Assembly: GCA_004193545.1 (NCBI GenBank)
Contig: RPGO01000029.1
Location: forward strand, 20,096-84,095
Direction: 5' to 3'
Source of the DNA: Candidatus Argoarchaeum ethanivorans
GTDB taxonomy: Archaea > Halobacteriota > Methanosarcinia > Methanosarcinales > EX4572-44
DNA length: 64,000 bases
Part shown: piece by piece, positions 28,045 through 38,989 of the stretch
Layout of the letters: every line of letters starts with the position of its first letter
Position numbering within the stretch: position 1 is the stretch's first letter
Translations under genes and position numbers: made by a program
Notes under the pieces: generated by a model
Seen by the model: only the letters and a program-made list of their open reading frames with translations
Databases searched by the model: none
Told to the model about the DNA's origin: nothing

Positions 28045-30945
28045 CTATCGCCCAGCCGCCGCCTGTAGAATTATTAATGCATCGAGGGATGTGATTTTGC
28101 CGTCGCCACTGACATCAGCAGCATCGTCGAACGAGCGGCTACCGGTGGCTATTTCGAGAGCGATCGCGGCATCTGCTGGTGTGAGTGCGCAGTCACAGTT
28201 GAGGTCACCTCTTATCGTTGGCACAAACCCCGCTTCATCCATAGCGTGTCTCACGTACGGATTTTGCATGAATTCACGCCACACTATTCCACTACGATAA
28301 TTCTCAATCATGAGCATGATCGCACCCTCATCAATTCCGATATACTCATCAGTCCGCCACGTCTGGCATCCGCCGAGAGAAACATTCGTATCAAGATTGA
28401 ACGCATCCTTAAAACCGTATTCACCCCATATTTTACCGCCATAAGTTTCGTACATATACCGCAAAGCAGGAATTGCAATATCAGGCGCTAACGCAACCGA
28501 TCCTCCAGCTCCAGTCGGTGGGATGGTTCCATCGTGCCAATAGCAAGGACAGCCCCCATAGCCAGTATACCCGCCAGGTCCATCACATGCAGTAAGTCCC
28601 CAGCAGTTCTCGCCATAAGTGGCATACACATCGCTGTTATCGATACAGAACAATCGGTTCTCTCTGACTGCGTTTATCGAGTTCTGCCAGTAGTTTGCAT
28701 AATCGTCATGTTTACACCTGAAATCAATCCAGCAGTGCGAATACTGATAGGTGAATAAACTTCCAGTCCAGCAATAGATAAAATTCTCACCGTCACAACT
28801 GTTTGAGGTGCTGCAGGGTAGTTTAAAGTCATCCATGTAAATCGCAGAACCGGATGTGGACGCATTGGTTCCCAAAATAGCAACTGTGAATCGGTTAACC
28901 TTCGTCTTATCCAGTACACCATCCTGCATTGTCAATTCCCACACTCTAAAGGATGAAACTGGTATATCAAGTTCATTCCAACCCGTCCAGTTCAAAGGCA
29001 ATTCGTATATCCAGTATTCCTTGCCATAATCTTCTTCGATCTTAATTCTCAATGTATTACTGGAATTATCACCATATATCCACAGATTTACACTATCGTA
29101 GTTAGCTCATGTACTTTTTTGCAGGTAGGCTCCGCACCGTTCCCCGCCAGTGCCATCGCCAATGGTATAGCCGATCTTCATCGAATAATCCCCGATTTTG
29201 CTATTGTTCGAGCGCGATATATCGATGGATGCGCCGGAACCGGAGTCTGCAAATGTTACCCAAGCACTCACATCATTATCTTCAAAATCGTCTACCATTC
29301 TGCCACAGTCCCTTCCGTACGTGCTTGCCCACGCATCCCAACTCCATTTCGGATCCGGAACCGGATGGGTTGGTGAGCCAATAGCCAAGAGGTACATAAT
29401 CATTGCTTCATTATAACCGCGCCAGTAGTCTGATGATAAGCCCTCTTCAGGAGTCCATTTCATTGCGATCGTATCAGTTCCGTTGAGCATCCACGTCCAG
29501 TTAACTCTTTCATAGAGCTCATTTGACAGGTTCATTATGCTCTCATTTTCTTTAAAATGCTCGCCGGCATGTAACACTCCTGCCATCAGGAGTGCGGTGT
29601 CAATGGACGATACCTCACAATCCCATTCACGCTCCCCCGTGCTCATGTTGATCCAGTGATAATAAAAACCTTCTTTATTATATAAATTGTTGAACGTTTC
29701 AAATATGGTTAATATCCGGTCAGATGCGTCCGTGCGATTTACCCACCCTCTGCTTTCTGCTATGCATATCGCCGAGAGGCCAAAACCCACCGACGCGATA
29801 CTGCAAGGGGAATCCGGTGTGCTTCTATCCCTAATCAAACCGTTTGTTTGGTTTACTTCGCTCCAGAAATAGTTAAAAGTGGCATGTTCTACCATCTCAA
29901 GAAAATCATCGTCTGATACGGGCATGTCAGACAATTCCAGTCTGATGTCATCCACGTAAATGGTGGAACCGGGTGGACTGTTTCCGGATACGACCAGTGT
30001 AAAGCGATTTATCTTCGACTTATCATAGATACTTTCTGCGGCCCCCTCAGCAACAAAGGATGAGAGCGGTATAACGAGTTTTTTCCACCCACTCCAATCT
30101 ATAATTGATGTGTACTTCCACCATTCTCCATTATACGCTTCCTCGAGCTTAATTTCCAGTGTATTGCCAGAATTGTCACCACACACCCACAAACTCACAT
30201 TGTCATAATTTACCCATGTATCCATCTGCCTGTAAACGCCGCACCAGTTTGTTTCATACCCGCTTATGTTGCAGCCGATCCTCATCGAGTAACTCCCGGA
30301 TTTACTGTTATTTGAAAGTGACAGGTTGATGGATGCGTTTTGGGTTGCAAATAGAGACCAATCGCCCACGTCAGCATCTTCGAAATCATCGATGATGGGA
30401 TTTGTCATGTCCGCTTTCGTGAGATATTTCTCGCCATCTGATGGGTCGTACTGATTGGAATATAACACAGGTGAAATCGCTGCCATCTGCAGGATCATGG
30501 GCGCATCGAGGGGTGTGACTTTGCCGTCGCCATCATTTTCGACAATGCTATTATTGATTATGTCACATGCATTATTTTCGATATAGACTCCGTAGTCTCC
30601 ATTTCTCATAGCGAACCCATCAATTGTGACATTATTAGCTGTTATATACGCACATTTACTGCTTCCCAAACCGAGTATATTTGAGCTCCCATTCTCCCCA
30701 ACAAGTATAAATGATTTGGAAATTGAAATACGCTCATAATAAGACCCGTTATAAACAAAAATCGTATCGCTTTCGTTTGCTGCATCTATTGCATCCTGAA
30801 TCTTCGTAAAGTCCGCACCGCCATTGACATCCACATACCAAATCTTTCCAGATGCTGTTCCAATAAACAACAAACTTAATATCGCCACTACAAAAAGAAC
30901 AGCCATCAACTTCCGTTTCAAAGCATTTTCAATTACCATCTTCAC
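28045..30945 (-). pseudogene. Secreted GH144/PF10091-like (putative beta-1,2-glucanase or 'glucoamylase') protein interrupted by one in-frame TGA. Domains: beta-helix, two CBM-like domains, dockerin.
   Basis: ORFs 29107-30945 and 28045-29052 are in the same frame and are separated only by the TGA at 29109-29107. Catalytic motifs are TFNYFWSEV..GLIRDRS..SIASVGFGLSA, then LFTYQYSHCWIDFR and WGLTACDGPGGY. The C-terminal dockerin is at 28048-28215. Confidence 0.7.
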
Positions 30946-30952
30946 ATCTCCT

Positions 30953-32161
30953 CTATTGTAATGCGAGCAGGCGATCCCTTCTTATCGAAGAATGTACAAA
31001 CTTGTTATCATCAAAGTCAAGCATTGATAATATTAATTTTTCTAATATCCGTTTTAGTTTTCTTTCATTATCTATATTCTTATTGAAATCATAAGATAGG
31101 ACGTTGCCATGAATAATATTATCTCTAAACTTCTTAAGTTCTCTAATTTCTGAGTTATATATCCCTAATTTATAACTTGTAAGTAGTGATTCTATTTTAT
31201 TTCCTATGGGTCTCCTATTAATACCGCCCACGTTACGCTCTAGCGTTTTTCTTTTTTTGTGATTTAAAGTCAGGTAAGTGTTTAGTTCTCCATTTTCTTT
31301 CTGGACAATGTAGGTATTTTTCTTTTCTTCGTCAATTATCACCCATTTACCCTCCCCTTCTTTCGTAATGGTAATATTCTTAGAAAATGAAATGCCTTCG
31401 GTTTCGACCATTTTCTTATTCAATCCTTCCGGAACGATGCCTTTATTCAACCCCTCTTCTAATTCTCCAGGTATACTAAACAACACCAAATCATTCCCAA
31501 TTAAAGCTTCAAATTTATGTCCAACGATTTTAAATTCATCATCTGAAATTATAAACTCTTTTTCATTTGCTTTTGCATGTGCATTTGCAAGCATCTCTAA
31601 TACAATCCAAAATATCGGAAACATCGTGGGAACAATCTTAATGTGCCTCTTATTCGCCACGTTAAACCAGTTGATAGCTCTAATAATCCCCGGCCTTTCA
31701 AACTGTGCTTCATTTCTAACTACTGGTATGGCTATTTTTATAAACTCTTCAATTCCTGCTGGGTGAATAATGGACGACCCATACGTTTTGTCAACCCCAA
31801 CAACAACCGACCTCAATCCCCTTTTTTCATGTCTGTTCCCGTTTTCTATTTCATAACAGATATAATGACGGAAAAAGACATCACGATCTTGTGCAAATGT
31901 CAATAACCTACCATAGTCAGAAAGTATGATCTCCGCTTTTTCAATTGCTTTGTTGTGAGTGTCCGCAGATAATGAGATTTTAGCCTTACCCGTTGGATAA
32001 TGAATCTTTTCATTCTTTATCTTTTCATATATCTCTTTATAATCCCCATAGGGAATAAACTCGATGTTATCATGGGTAAATCCACCATTTTTCCAAAATT
32101 CCATGTTATAGATATTTAACTCGACTTCGTAGTCCTTATCATCTTCTTTTTCTTTTTTCAT
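30953..32161 (-). CDS. HEPN-domain protein (C-terminal Rx4H) with a long uncharacterised N-terminal region; ApeA-like architecture
   Basis: 402 aa from an AT-rich gene. The motif FRDNIIHGN (R-x4-H) lies about 50 aa from the C-terminus. I recognise no other domain. Confidence 0.5.
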   Translation of the reverse strand: MKKEKEDDKDYEVELNIYNMEFWKNGGFTHDNIEFIPYGDYKEIYEKIKNEKIHYPTGKAKISLSADTHNKAIEKAEIILSDYGRLLTFAQDRDVFFRHYICYEIENGNRHEKRGLRSVVVGVDKTYGSSIIHPAGIEEFIKIAIPVVRNEAQFERPGIIRAINWFNVANKRHIKIVPTMFPIFWIVLEMLANAHAKANEKEFIISDDEFKIVGHKFEALIGNDLVLFSIPGELEEGLNKGIVPEGLNKKMVETEGISFSKNITITKEGEGKWVIIDEEKKNTYIVQKENGELNTYLTLNHKKRKTLERNVGGINRRPIGNKIESLLTSYKLGIYNSEIRELKKFRDNIIHGNVLSYDFNKNIDNERKLKRILEKLILSMLDFDDNKFVHSSIRRDRLLALQ

Positions 32162-32197
32162 AGACCGCCATCAACAGTTTATCATAGTACAAATGTT

Positions 32198-33310
32198 TCA
32201 GGATTCTATAAGTTTATCAACCTCTGAAGGATTGAATTCTTCAACTTCTAAAATATTATAAAGGAAATTAAACAGTTTCCCTCGAAGATCAAGAGATAGG
32301 TTGGGGTACCACACAGGACTTGCCACGACAAGAGTACGGAACACAAAAAAGGGCTGGATTACCTTGAGCAAAAAATAATCCCCTGTAAGCTCAAGATACC
32401 TCTCAAAAAACGCCTCAAACAACTGTTTAAAGCCGCCAGTAAAAGAGCCGTTGGTTTGCAGGGCGTAGAAAATATAATTCATAGCAAGAGACGACACATC
32501 ATCTGCTGCTTCGCCCCATTCACCACGACTTCGATCAAGTACTGTAAAATCAGTGCCCTCACGGAACATGATATTATATGGATGAAAGTCGCCATGCGTC
32601 ATGCACAATCTATCTGTATGGGTTTTAATCTTCCAGCGCCATTCAACACACTTTTGCTCAATCGCACACAACTCTCCCGGTGTAATATAAGAAAGGCTGT
32701 CTGGATAGCTATCTGTCAGACCCATTATGCATTCACCATGACCTACTGTATCACGAATCTTGCGCACATACAATTCAGGAGCAGTGTGCCTCTTTCGGTG
32801 GATTTTTGCAAGGTATTCAGCAAGTACCGTTGTTCGCTTCAAATCAAGTTCGCTTATCTCTCCCTTATTTTTTTTTATCTCTTCAAGGTCGCTAACATAC
32901 TCGCTGCCGTTAACAGTTCTCATCAACAGGAAGAACTCTTCTGCATCGCCTGTAGAACACAAACCGCCATCCTTTGTAAAGTAACCAACGTCAAGAGATT
33001 CCACGTGTCCCGGCATACGGTTAAACGTGTCATGCTGCCAGAGCAGTACCTGTGCACGATCAGAAAAATGATCATGCCCAAAACCAGACTGCACCCGCAT
33101 GCTCGAAAGTACGGCTGACTCTTCTTTTCCATCACGCTCAAAGGTAATCATATATGGTTTGCCATATCCAAAGCCTTTTACACCATCTTCCATCACATCT
33201 GGTGGAGCTGTGCCAAGCTCACTTATATTTTTAAGTTTAATATTTCCAAATACGCTTTTTAGATATTTTTCTACTTCTGTTACAAGCAGAGCTGAAACTG
33301 TTTCACTCAT
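32198..33310 (-). CDS. APH/choline-kinase-fold phosphotransferase
   Basis: 370 aa. The catalytic loop is HGDFHPYNIMF and the metal-binding segment is VLDRSRGEWGEAADD. Confidence 0.7.
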   Translation of the reverse strand: MSETVSALLVTEVEKYLKSVFGNIKLKNISELGTAPPDVMEDGVKGFGYGKPYMITFERDGKEESAVLSSMRVQSGFGHDHFSDRAQVLLWQHDTFNRMPGHVESLDVGYFTKDGGLCSTGDAEEFFLLMRTVNGSEYVSDLEEIKKNKGEISELDLKRTTVLAEYLAKIHRKRHTAPELYVRKIRDTVGHGECIMGLTDSYPDSLSYITPGELCAIEQKCVEWRWKIKTHTDRLCMTHGDFHPYNIMFREGTDFTVLDRSRGEWGEAADDVSSLAMNYIFYALQTNGSFTGGFKQLFEAFFERYLELTGDYFLLKVIQPFFVFRTLVVASPVWYPNLSLDLRGKLFNFLYNILEVEEFNPSEVDKLIES

Positions 33311-33409
33311 GTATAAGTTGTATCTTTTTTATCTATCAAATAGTTTCTTACACATAGACAAAGCTTATTTATGGAATAATTAATCTTACCATCAATCCTG
33401 ATTATTTAA

Positions 33410-34603
33410 TTGATTATCAGATGGTGCACAACAATGAATTATATTTCAAAAAACATATACTATGATTTTATTGAGCATAAACCTCTTGACATAGAAATCT
33501 GTGACGTTACTCTGCGGGATGGTGAACAAACACCTGGTACTGCTTTTACCACTGATGAAAAAATAAAGCTTGCTCTGAAGCTTGATGAAATAGGTGTCGA
33601 AACCATTGAAGCAGGCTTTCCTGTTGTATCCAACAATGAAAAAGAAACCATAAAGACCATTGTAGATCTTGACCTTAACGCTCGAATCTGCTGTCTTTCG
33701 CGCTCAAAAAAAGAAGATGTGGACGCAGCTCTCGAATGCGGAGTTGATATCATAAGCATCTTTATCGCAACGTCAGACATCCACCTGAAATACAAATACC
33801 ATTCAAGCTATGAAGAAATGAAACAAACAGCGCTTGAAACCCTCGAATACGCAAAATCGCATGGTATCATAGTAAGATTTGCTGCAGAAGACGCGACTCG
33901 CACCAGTGTGACCAGATTAAAAGAGATCTTCCTCGAAGCAGAATCCTATGGTGCAGACTACATAAGTATCGCGGATACTATAGGTATCCTCACACCCGCT
34001 ACAACAAAGTATCTCGTAACCGAGATAAAAAAAACAATCAAAAAAAGTCATCTCTGCATCCACTGCCACGACGACCTCGGCATGGCAACAGCAAACACCA
34101 TCACAGCAGCAGAAGCAGGAGCAAAACAACTTCACACCACAGTAAACGGCATAGGAGAACGCTGTGGCAATGCAAGCCTTGAAGAAGTGCTTCTTGCTCT
34201 CAGAATCGAACACAATATCGACAGGTACAGATTACCGCCCCTCCGTAACCTTTCCAGACTCGTTGAAGCATATTCAGGCGTGAAAGTAGCAAAAAACAAG
34301 TCAGTGGTCGGGGAAAATGCCTTTGCACACGAATCAGGCATCCATGTGGCGGCAATACTCGAAGACCCACGCACTTATGAGGCATATCCGCCAGAACTGG
34401 TTGGTGCAAAACGATGTTTCATACTTGGAAAGCACACCGGCAGAAAAGCGCTTCTTGGCATACTGCGGCACAGAGGCTACCACGACCTTACACATGAGCA
34501 GCTCTGTGAGCTTGTAGATATAATAAAAGAATGCAGGGAACGAAAACAGGAGCTCACTGTAAATCATGTCGATGAGCTGGTCAAAAAAGTGAAAGAGGTA
34601 TAA
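33410..34603 (+). CDS. Homocitrate/2-isopropylmalate/citramalate synthase family protein, short form without a regulatory domain (AksA/NifV-like)
   Basis: ICDVTLRDGEQTPG, HCHDDLGMATAN and HESGIH motifs. The likely true start is MNYISKN at 33434. Confidence 0.8.
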   Translation: MIIRWCTTMNYISKNIYYDFIEHKPLDIEICDVTLRDGEQTPGTAFTTDEKIKLALKLDEIGVETIEAGFPVVSNNEKETIKTIVDLDLNARICCLSRSKKEDVDAALECGVDIISIFIATSDIHLKYKYHSSYEEMKQTALETLEYAKSHGIIVRFAAEDATRTSVTRLKEIFLEAESYGADYISIADTIGILTPATTKYLVTEIKKTIKKSHLCIHCHDDLGMATANTITAAEAGAKQLHTTVNGIGERCGNASLEEVLLALRIEHNIDRYRLPPLRNLSRLVEAYSGVKVAKNKSVVGENAFAHESGIHVAAILEDPRTYEAYPPELVGAKRCFILGKHTGRKALLGILRHRGYHDLTHEQLCELVDIIKECRERKQELTVNHVDELVKKVKEV

Positions 34604-34627
34604 TTTAAGTGTTGGGAATTATATAGA

Positions 34628-35236
34628 ATGCAGAATGGCAAAATAAAAACAGGATATCACAACGACATGCAATATCTAAGAACTCTTGGAAGTTATTTTC
34701 TTGCTATTATCGTTATCTTTATTATTTCCCTTGCAGCAGGCTATTGTTACCCATTCTACTTTCCAGAAGAGGCAACAGCATCTTTTGAAGACATTGGTGG
34801 AATGTTTGAATGGATAACCGCCCTTCATCCTGTGTTACTTATGCTTGCTATTTTTGCAAACAATGCTCTAAAGAGTTTTGCTGCACTTCTGCTTGGTCTT
34901 GGCTTTGGCATTATTCCTGTGCTTTTTGTAGCTTCAAATGGTTTTATTGTTGGTCTGGTTGTAAATCTATCAAGCAAAACCGAAGGTTTGTTATTTACTG
35001 TGGCAGCTATCACACCTCACGGCATCATTGAGATTCCCATGATTTTATTAAGCGCTGCAATTGGACTGCGCCTCGGTTGTCTCATGTTTTCTGTAATTAA
35101 AGGAAAGACTGCAGATATAAAATATGAGGTTAAAAAGAGTGTTACATTTTACCTGCACTGGATTATGCCACTTCTTTTTCTTTCCGCACTAATAGAATGT
35201 TTTATAACTCCCTTGGTTATTCTGGTGGTGCTGTGA
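34628..35236 (+). CDS. SpoIIM-family (DUF95) membrane protein
   Basis: 202 aa. It has about five hydrophobic segments and [23 protein letters not shown]. Confidence 0.6.
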   Translation: MQNGKIKTGYHNDMQYLRTLGSYFLAIIVIFIISLAAGYCYPFYFPEEATASFEDIGGMFEWITALHPVLLMLAIFANNALKSFAALLLGLGFGIIPVLFVASNGFIVGLVVNLSSKTEGLLFTVAAITPHGIIEIPMILLSAAIGLRLGCLMFSVIKGKTADIKYEVKKSVTFYLHWIMPLLFLSALIECFITPLVILVVL

Positions 35237-36672
35237 GAGACAACGACAACCCCCGGGCAAAACTTCCGTTAAAGGAAGAACTCAGTAAGTGGTATAACGA
35301 GCTTCTGTGGATGGCAGAGGTAATCGACGTGCGTTATCCTGTAAAAGGACTGTGTGCATGGTATCCATTCGGATTTAGTCTTAAATCCAACGTATATAAC
35401 ATCCTTCGAGAATTGCTAAATGTAGATCACAGCGAGGCTCTTTTTCCATTACTTATTCCAAAATCCGAGTTTATGAAAGAAGCTGAACACATCAAAGGTT
35501 TTGAAGATGAAGTGTACTGGGTAACACACGGCGGCACAGAACCACTGGAAGTTCCACTTGCACTGCGACCAACAAGTGAAACCGCCATCTATCCAATGTA
35601 CAGGTTGTGGGTTAGAAGCCATACAGACCTGCCTTTGTTGATATACCAGATAGTAAACACGTTTCGATACGAAACAAAGCACACCCGTCCTTTGATACGC
35701 CTGCGAGAGATTACTTCATTTAAAGAGGCTCATACGGTACATGCGAGCTGGGACGAGGCTTCTCTGCAGGTGGAAGCTGCCACTAAAATGTATCAACAAT
35801 TCTATCACAGACTTGCTGTTCCTACCATTGTATCAAAGCGTCCTGAGTGGGACAAGTTTCCTGGCGCTGATTATACGATGGCAGTGGATACGCTGATGCC
35901 GGATGGACGCACCCTTCAGATAGGAACCGCACACCACCTCGGTACTAACTTTGCCAAAACTTTTGAAATTACTTATGAAGACGTGGATGGCAGTAAACAG
36001 TATGTCAATCAAACCTGTTACGGCATATCTGAGCGGTGCATTGCAGCACTTATAAGTTTACATGGCGATAATCATGGTCTTGTGCTGCCGCCAGAGGTTG
36101 CGCCTGTGCAGGTAGTAATTGTTCCGATTATCTTTGGAGAAGGAAAAGAGGTGCTTGTTGCATGCAAGCAGGTTGAAACAGAATTAAAAGCTTCTGGGAT
36201 AAGGGTAAAGCTGGATAATAGTGATGAGCGGCCTGGTGCCAAGTACTATAAGTGGGAATTGAAAGGCGTTCCAATAAGAATCGAGATTGGACCAAAAGAT
36301 TTGCAGAAAAACTCATGCATGGTGGTGCGCAGGGACACGATGCAAAAACAGTCTACACCTCTTTTGAAGCTGAACCCAGTGGTCGAGGATTTGTTTAAAA
36401 AAATACACCAGCACCTGCTTGAATCGGCAAAAAAGCATCTTGATAAAAGTATTATCGATTGCAAGACGCTTGAAGAGGTAGCCGGGAAACTGTCTTTGGG
36501 GATTGTCAGGATTTCGTGGTGTGGTGAGCAGCCATGCGGTCTTGAGATAGAAGAAGCGACTGGTGCAAACATTCTTGGAGTACCTGTTGGAAATCTTGGA
36601 AAAATGGCAGGAGTGTGTCCTGTCTGTGGAAAATCAACAATGTTGAAAGTACTGATAGCTAAAACATACTGA
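35197..36672 (+). CDS. proS: Proline--tRNA ligase (archaeal/eukaryal type)
   Basis: [25 protein letters not shown], class II motifs, and a C-terminal zinc-binding tail (CPVCGK). The true start is probably downstream of 35197, for example the GTG near 35233. Confidence 0.9.
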   Translation: MFYNSLGYSGGAVRDNDNPRAKLPLKEELSKWYNELLWMAEVIDVRYPVKGLCAWYPFGFSLKSNVYNILRELLNVDHSEALFPLLIPKSEFMKEAEHIKGFEDEVYWVTHGGTEPLEVPLALRPTSETAIYPMYRLWVRSHTDLPLLIYQIVNTFRYETKHTRPLIRLREITSFKEAHTVHASWDEASLQVEAATKMYQQFYHRLAVPTIVSKRPEWDKFPGADYTMAVDTLMPDGRTLQIGTAHHLGTNFAKTFEITYEDVDGSKQYVNQTCYGISERCIAALISLHGDNHGLVLPPEVAPVQVVIVPIIFGEGKEVLVACKQVETELKASGIRVKLDNSDERPGAKYYKWELKGVPIRIEIGPKDLQKNSCMVVRRDTMQKQSTPLLKLNPVVEDLFKKIHQHLLESAKKHLDKSIIDCKTLEEVAGKLSLGIVRISWCGEQPCGLEIEEATGANILGVPVGNLGKMAGVCPVCGKSTMLKVLIAKTY

Positions 36673-37536
36673 GAAACTTCGGTTCTTGGACAGAACTAAG
36701 AAGGTGTAAGATGAAGATGAATGAATATCAGATACAAAAGAAGTCAATCGTCGGGCAGAAAAAGCTAAAGTGGACATTTTGAAACTTTTCAGAGGTGGAA
36801 AATCCAGAGAAAAGAGCCAGAGGGATTTTAGAAATGCACTGGAATGGCACACTCCAGTTCCCAGTCTATGAAGCTATTAGATGGGGTGAAATTAACAAAA
36901 GAAGTGATGAAATATGCGAAAAGATGGTCAAAAGACCGGATAATTCACTGAAGTGGGATGTTACCATCGAGTCTCGCATTCTGGTAGGTTATCTATTGTG
37001 GGGTAGCTATATTTGCATTTGGTTACCACTATTAAACTATTGGTGGTATTTTAAAAACGTTAGCTACTAAACATAAGAAATTAAAAATGGAAAATAGATA
37101 TCTATTTTCCATGTGCACTTATTCAACTGCCACAGCCACCATGATCATTACGATCGATTTTTGGGTATTCATTCTGTTACTCATATATTTCACACCTTAT
37201 ATTACGCTACACATCACTTTATGATATTTTATGCTATTGCGCGTAATTATTAACGCGCTGTGTTTGAGTTGCCTTTATAATTGTGAACTGCCTGTTTTCA
37301 TGCACAAACATGAAAACAGGCATTGTTCCATGTTGGCTATAATAAGCCACAATTCAGATGTTTTTTTATTCGATTGTATACATGCAGTATTTTTCTCATA
37401 TCACTGCTTTTTTATTTTTACATCTATTTATTCAAAGTTACTTCCAAATTGTTAACGAAAATTGTTAACAAATTTCTTTATGTTCTGATTAAATAAAAGA
37501 GGTTAAGAACGAAAGGTTAGTACTTATGATTCGAAT

Positions 37537-38000
37537 CTATGGTACATAATTATGGCATGGATACGCTGTTGGAAAAATTGCTCTGGCGTCCTGAATGCAA
37601 TAGAAGTTGCAATTCATAGGGTGTCTGATGGACTCCTCACCTGCTGGTGCTAAATCGAAGAGCGCTTGAGTTGAACATCCATTTCGTGTTTCGTGGGACG
37701 GAGATCTTCCTAAGAATATACGGAGTTTTTCTGCTGTTTTTATCAGTAAACTGTACTCTATATCCATTATAGATGCTATACCATCTTTAAATACAGAAGC
37801 ATATCAATATTTTGGATTTACTACCAAATCTAAAGGAATTATAAACTTTTTATTGCACTTTTTACACAGATACCTTCTTAGATATATTTTCTGTGGTCCG
37901 AACTCACCTAATAATACTTCTGTTTTATTACATGATTCGATCCACAGGACTGGCAAATCGGTCTTACAAGCTCGAAATGGTTTCTTGGAATGAATACAAG
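37537..38000 (-). pseudogene. Possible degraded transposase (zinc-ribbon N-terminus plus a following fragment)
   Basis: Own translation of 37830-38000 gives ...FGPQKIYLRRYLCKKCNKKFIIP, which resembles the zinc ribbon of the IS transposase at 6661. It is followed by the 76-aa ORF at 37537-37767. There are stops between the pieces. Confidence 0.3.
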
Positions 38001-38228
38001 TCTTTTATTTGTGTTGTGGGGTTGTATTCTTCCAGGTATCCATCTCTGCTATGATTTTACCGGGTTCCGGATCACCTTTTGAAAAATCGGAAAATTTGAG
38101 TTGTATATGGCAGATAAACTCTTCGAGGACAGATAACTCACCATACTTATGTTTTTTAGTCTATTTCTGAATATAGAGTTGAAATGTAAGTTTGTTTTTG
38201 ATTACGCAGTAATCAAGTGCGTTAGCAA

Positions 38229-38924
38229 TCAAGATTCGCCACGATCAAGGGTCAGGATTGTTTTTGGGTTTGCAGCTTCCCCAATAATAATGATTGCACC
38301 ATGCTTGATTTTAGCGGTTTTTACCTTCCCTACTATATCTGAAATAATTCCTCTTATTATTTTCTGGTCAAGCCAGAAAGCATGGTATACCACAGCAACA
38401 TCTGTATCAGGCGGGTATGCCACCCGGTCTATTATCTCCTGTATCTTTTCAACCCCGAGAAATATGACCATGGTAGCCAGATGCTTGGATAGTTCTTCAA
38501 TTGGCTCCTCTGGTCGTGTTACTATCACGGTTTGAGTAACACCTGGAAGTGTCAACTGTGTTTTTAGAAGTGCTGCTGATGCAAACATGGCTGAAATACC
38601 TGGCACCACTTCGACCTTAATACCTCTTTTTTCAAGTGCATGGATTTGTTCGAGCATCCCACCAAAAAGAGATGGATCTCCACTGTGGATGCGTACTACT
38701 GTTTTTTTCTGTTTAACATAAGTTTCTATCGTATCTGTGATTTCATCAAGTGTTTTTCCATAGCTGCTTATAATATCTGCTGCTGCAAGTTCGATGATTT
38801 CAGGAGCAGTTGCATCACCATAATGTATTACAAGGTCTGCTGTTTTAATAAGTCGTTCCGCTTTTATACTGAGCAGTTCCAATGTCCCAGGACCTGCGCC
38901 TACAAAATAAACCTGTGTTATGAT
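38229..38924 (-). CDS. Tetrapyrrole (corrin/porphyrin) methyltransferase, most like cobalt-precorrin-4 C11-methyltransferase CbiF
   Basis: The conserved N-terminus VYFVGAGPGTLELLS lies upstream of the track start (TTG at 38882). The only in-frame candidate starts are ATC at 38924 or ATA at 38921, behind AGAGGTG. VRIHSGDPSLFGGMLEQ and VVPGISAMFA motifs are present. Confidence 0.7.
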   Translation of the reverse strand: MITQVYFVGAGPGTLELLSIKAERLIKTADLVIHYGDATAPEIIELAAADIISSYGKTLDEITDTIETYVKQKKTVVRIHSGDPSLFGGMLEQIHALEKRGIKVEVVPGISAMFASAALLKTQLTLPGVTQTVIVTRPEEPIEELSKHLATMVIFLGVEKIQEIIDRVAYPPDTDVAVVYHAFWLDQKIIRGIISDIVGKVKTAKIKHGAIIIIGEAANPKTILTLDRGES

Positions 38925-38989
38925 TAAACACCTCTAAATGAATCTATTTTTTTGTCTGTTCATCTATCAAAAATATATTTGAACCATTG

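Noticed and set aside
27900-28094. A 64-aa ORF between traB and the glycosidase gene.
   Set aside because: It overlaps the 3' end (dockerin) of the minus-strand gene and has no supporting signal.
29107-29109. Selenocysteine or a reassigned UGA codon in the glycosidase gene.
   Set aside because: - The paralogous domain copy has Trp (TGG) at this position.
- I saw no SECIS-like hairpin downstream.
- Many genes in the window use TGA as their terminator.
- A point mutation or base-call error is the simpler explanation.
36795-37070. A 91-aa ORF in the AT-rich 36.7-38.2 kb gap, and the 23-codon ORF just upstream of it.
   Set aside because: There is no recognisable domain. The hydrophobic, Trp-rich tail looks like translated AT-rich noncoding DNA. 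It could still be a real small protein, but I cannot support the call.
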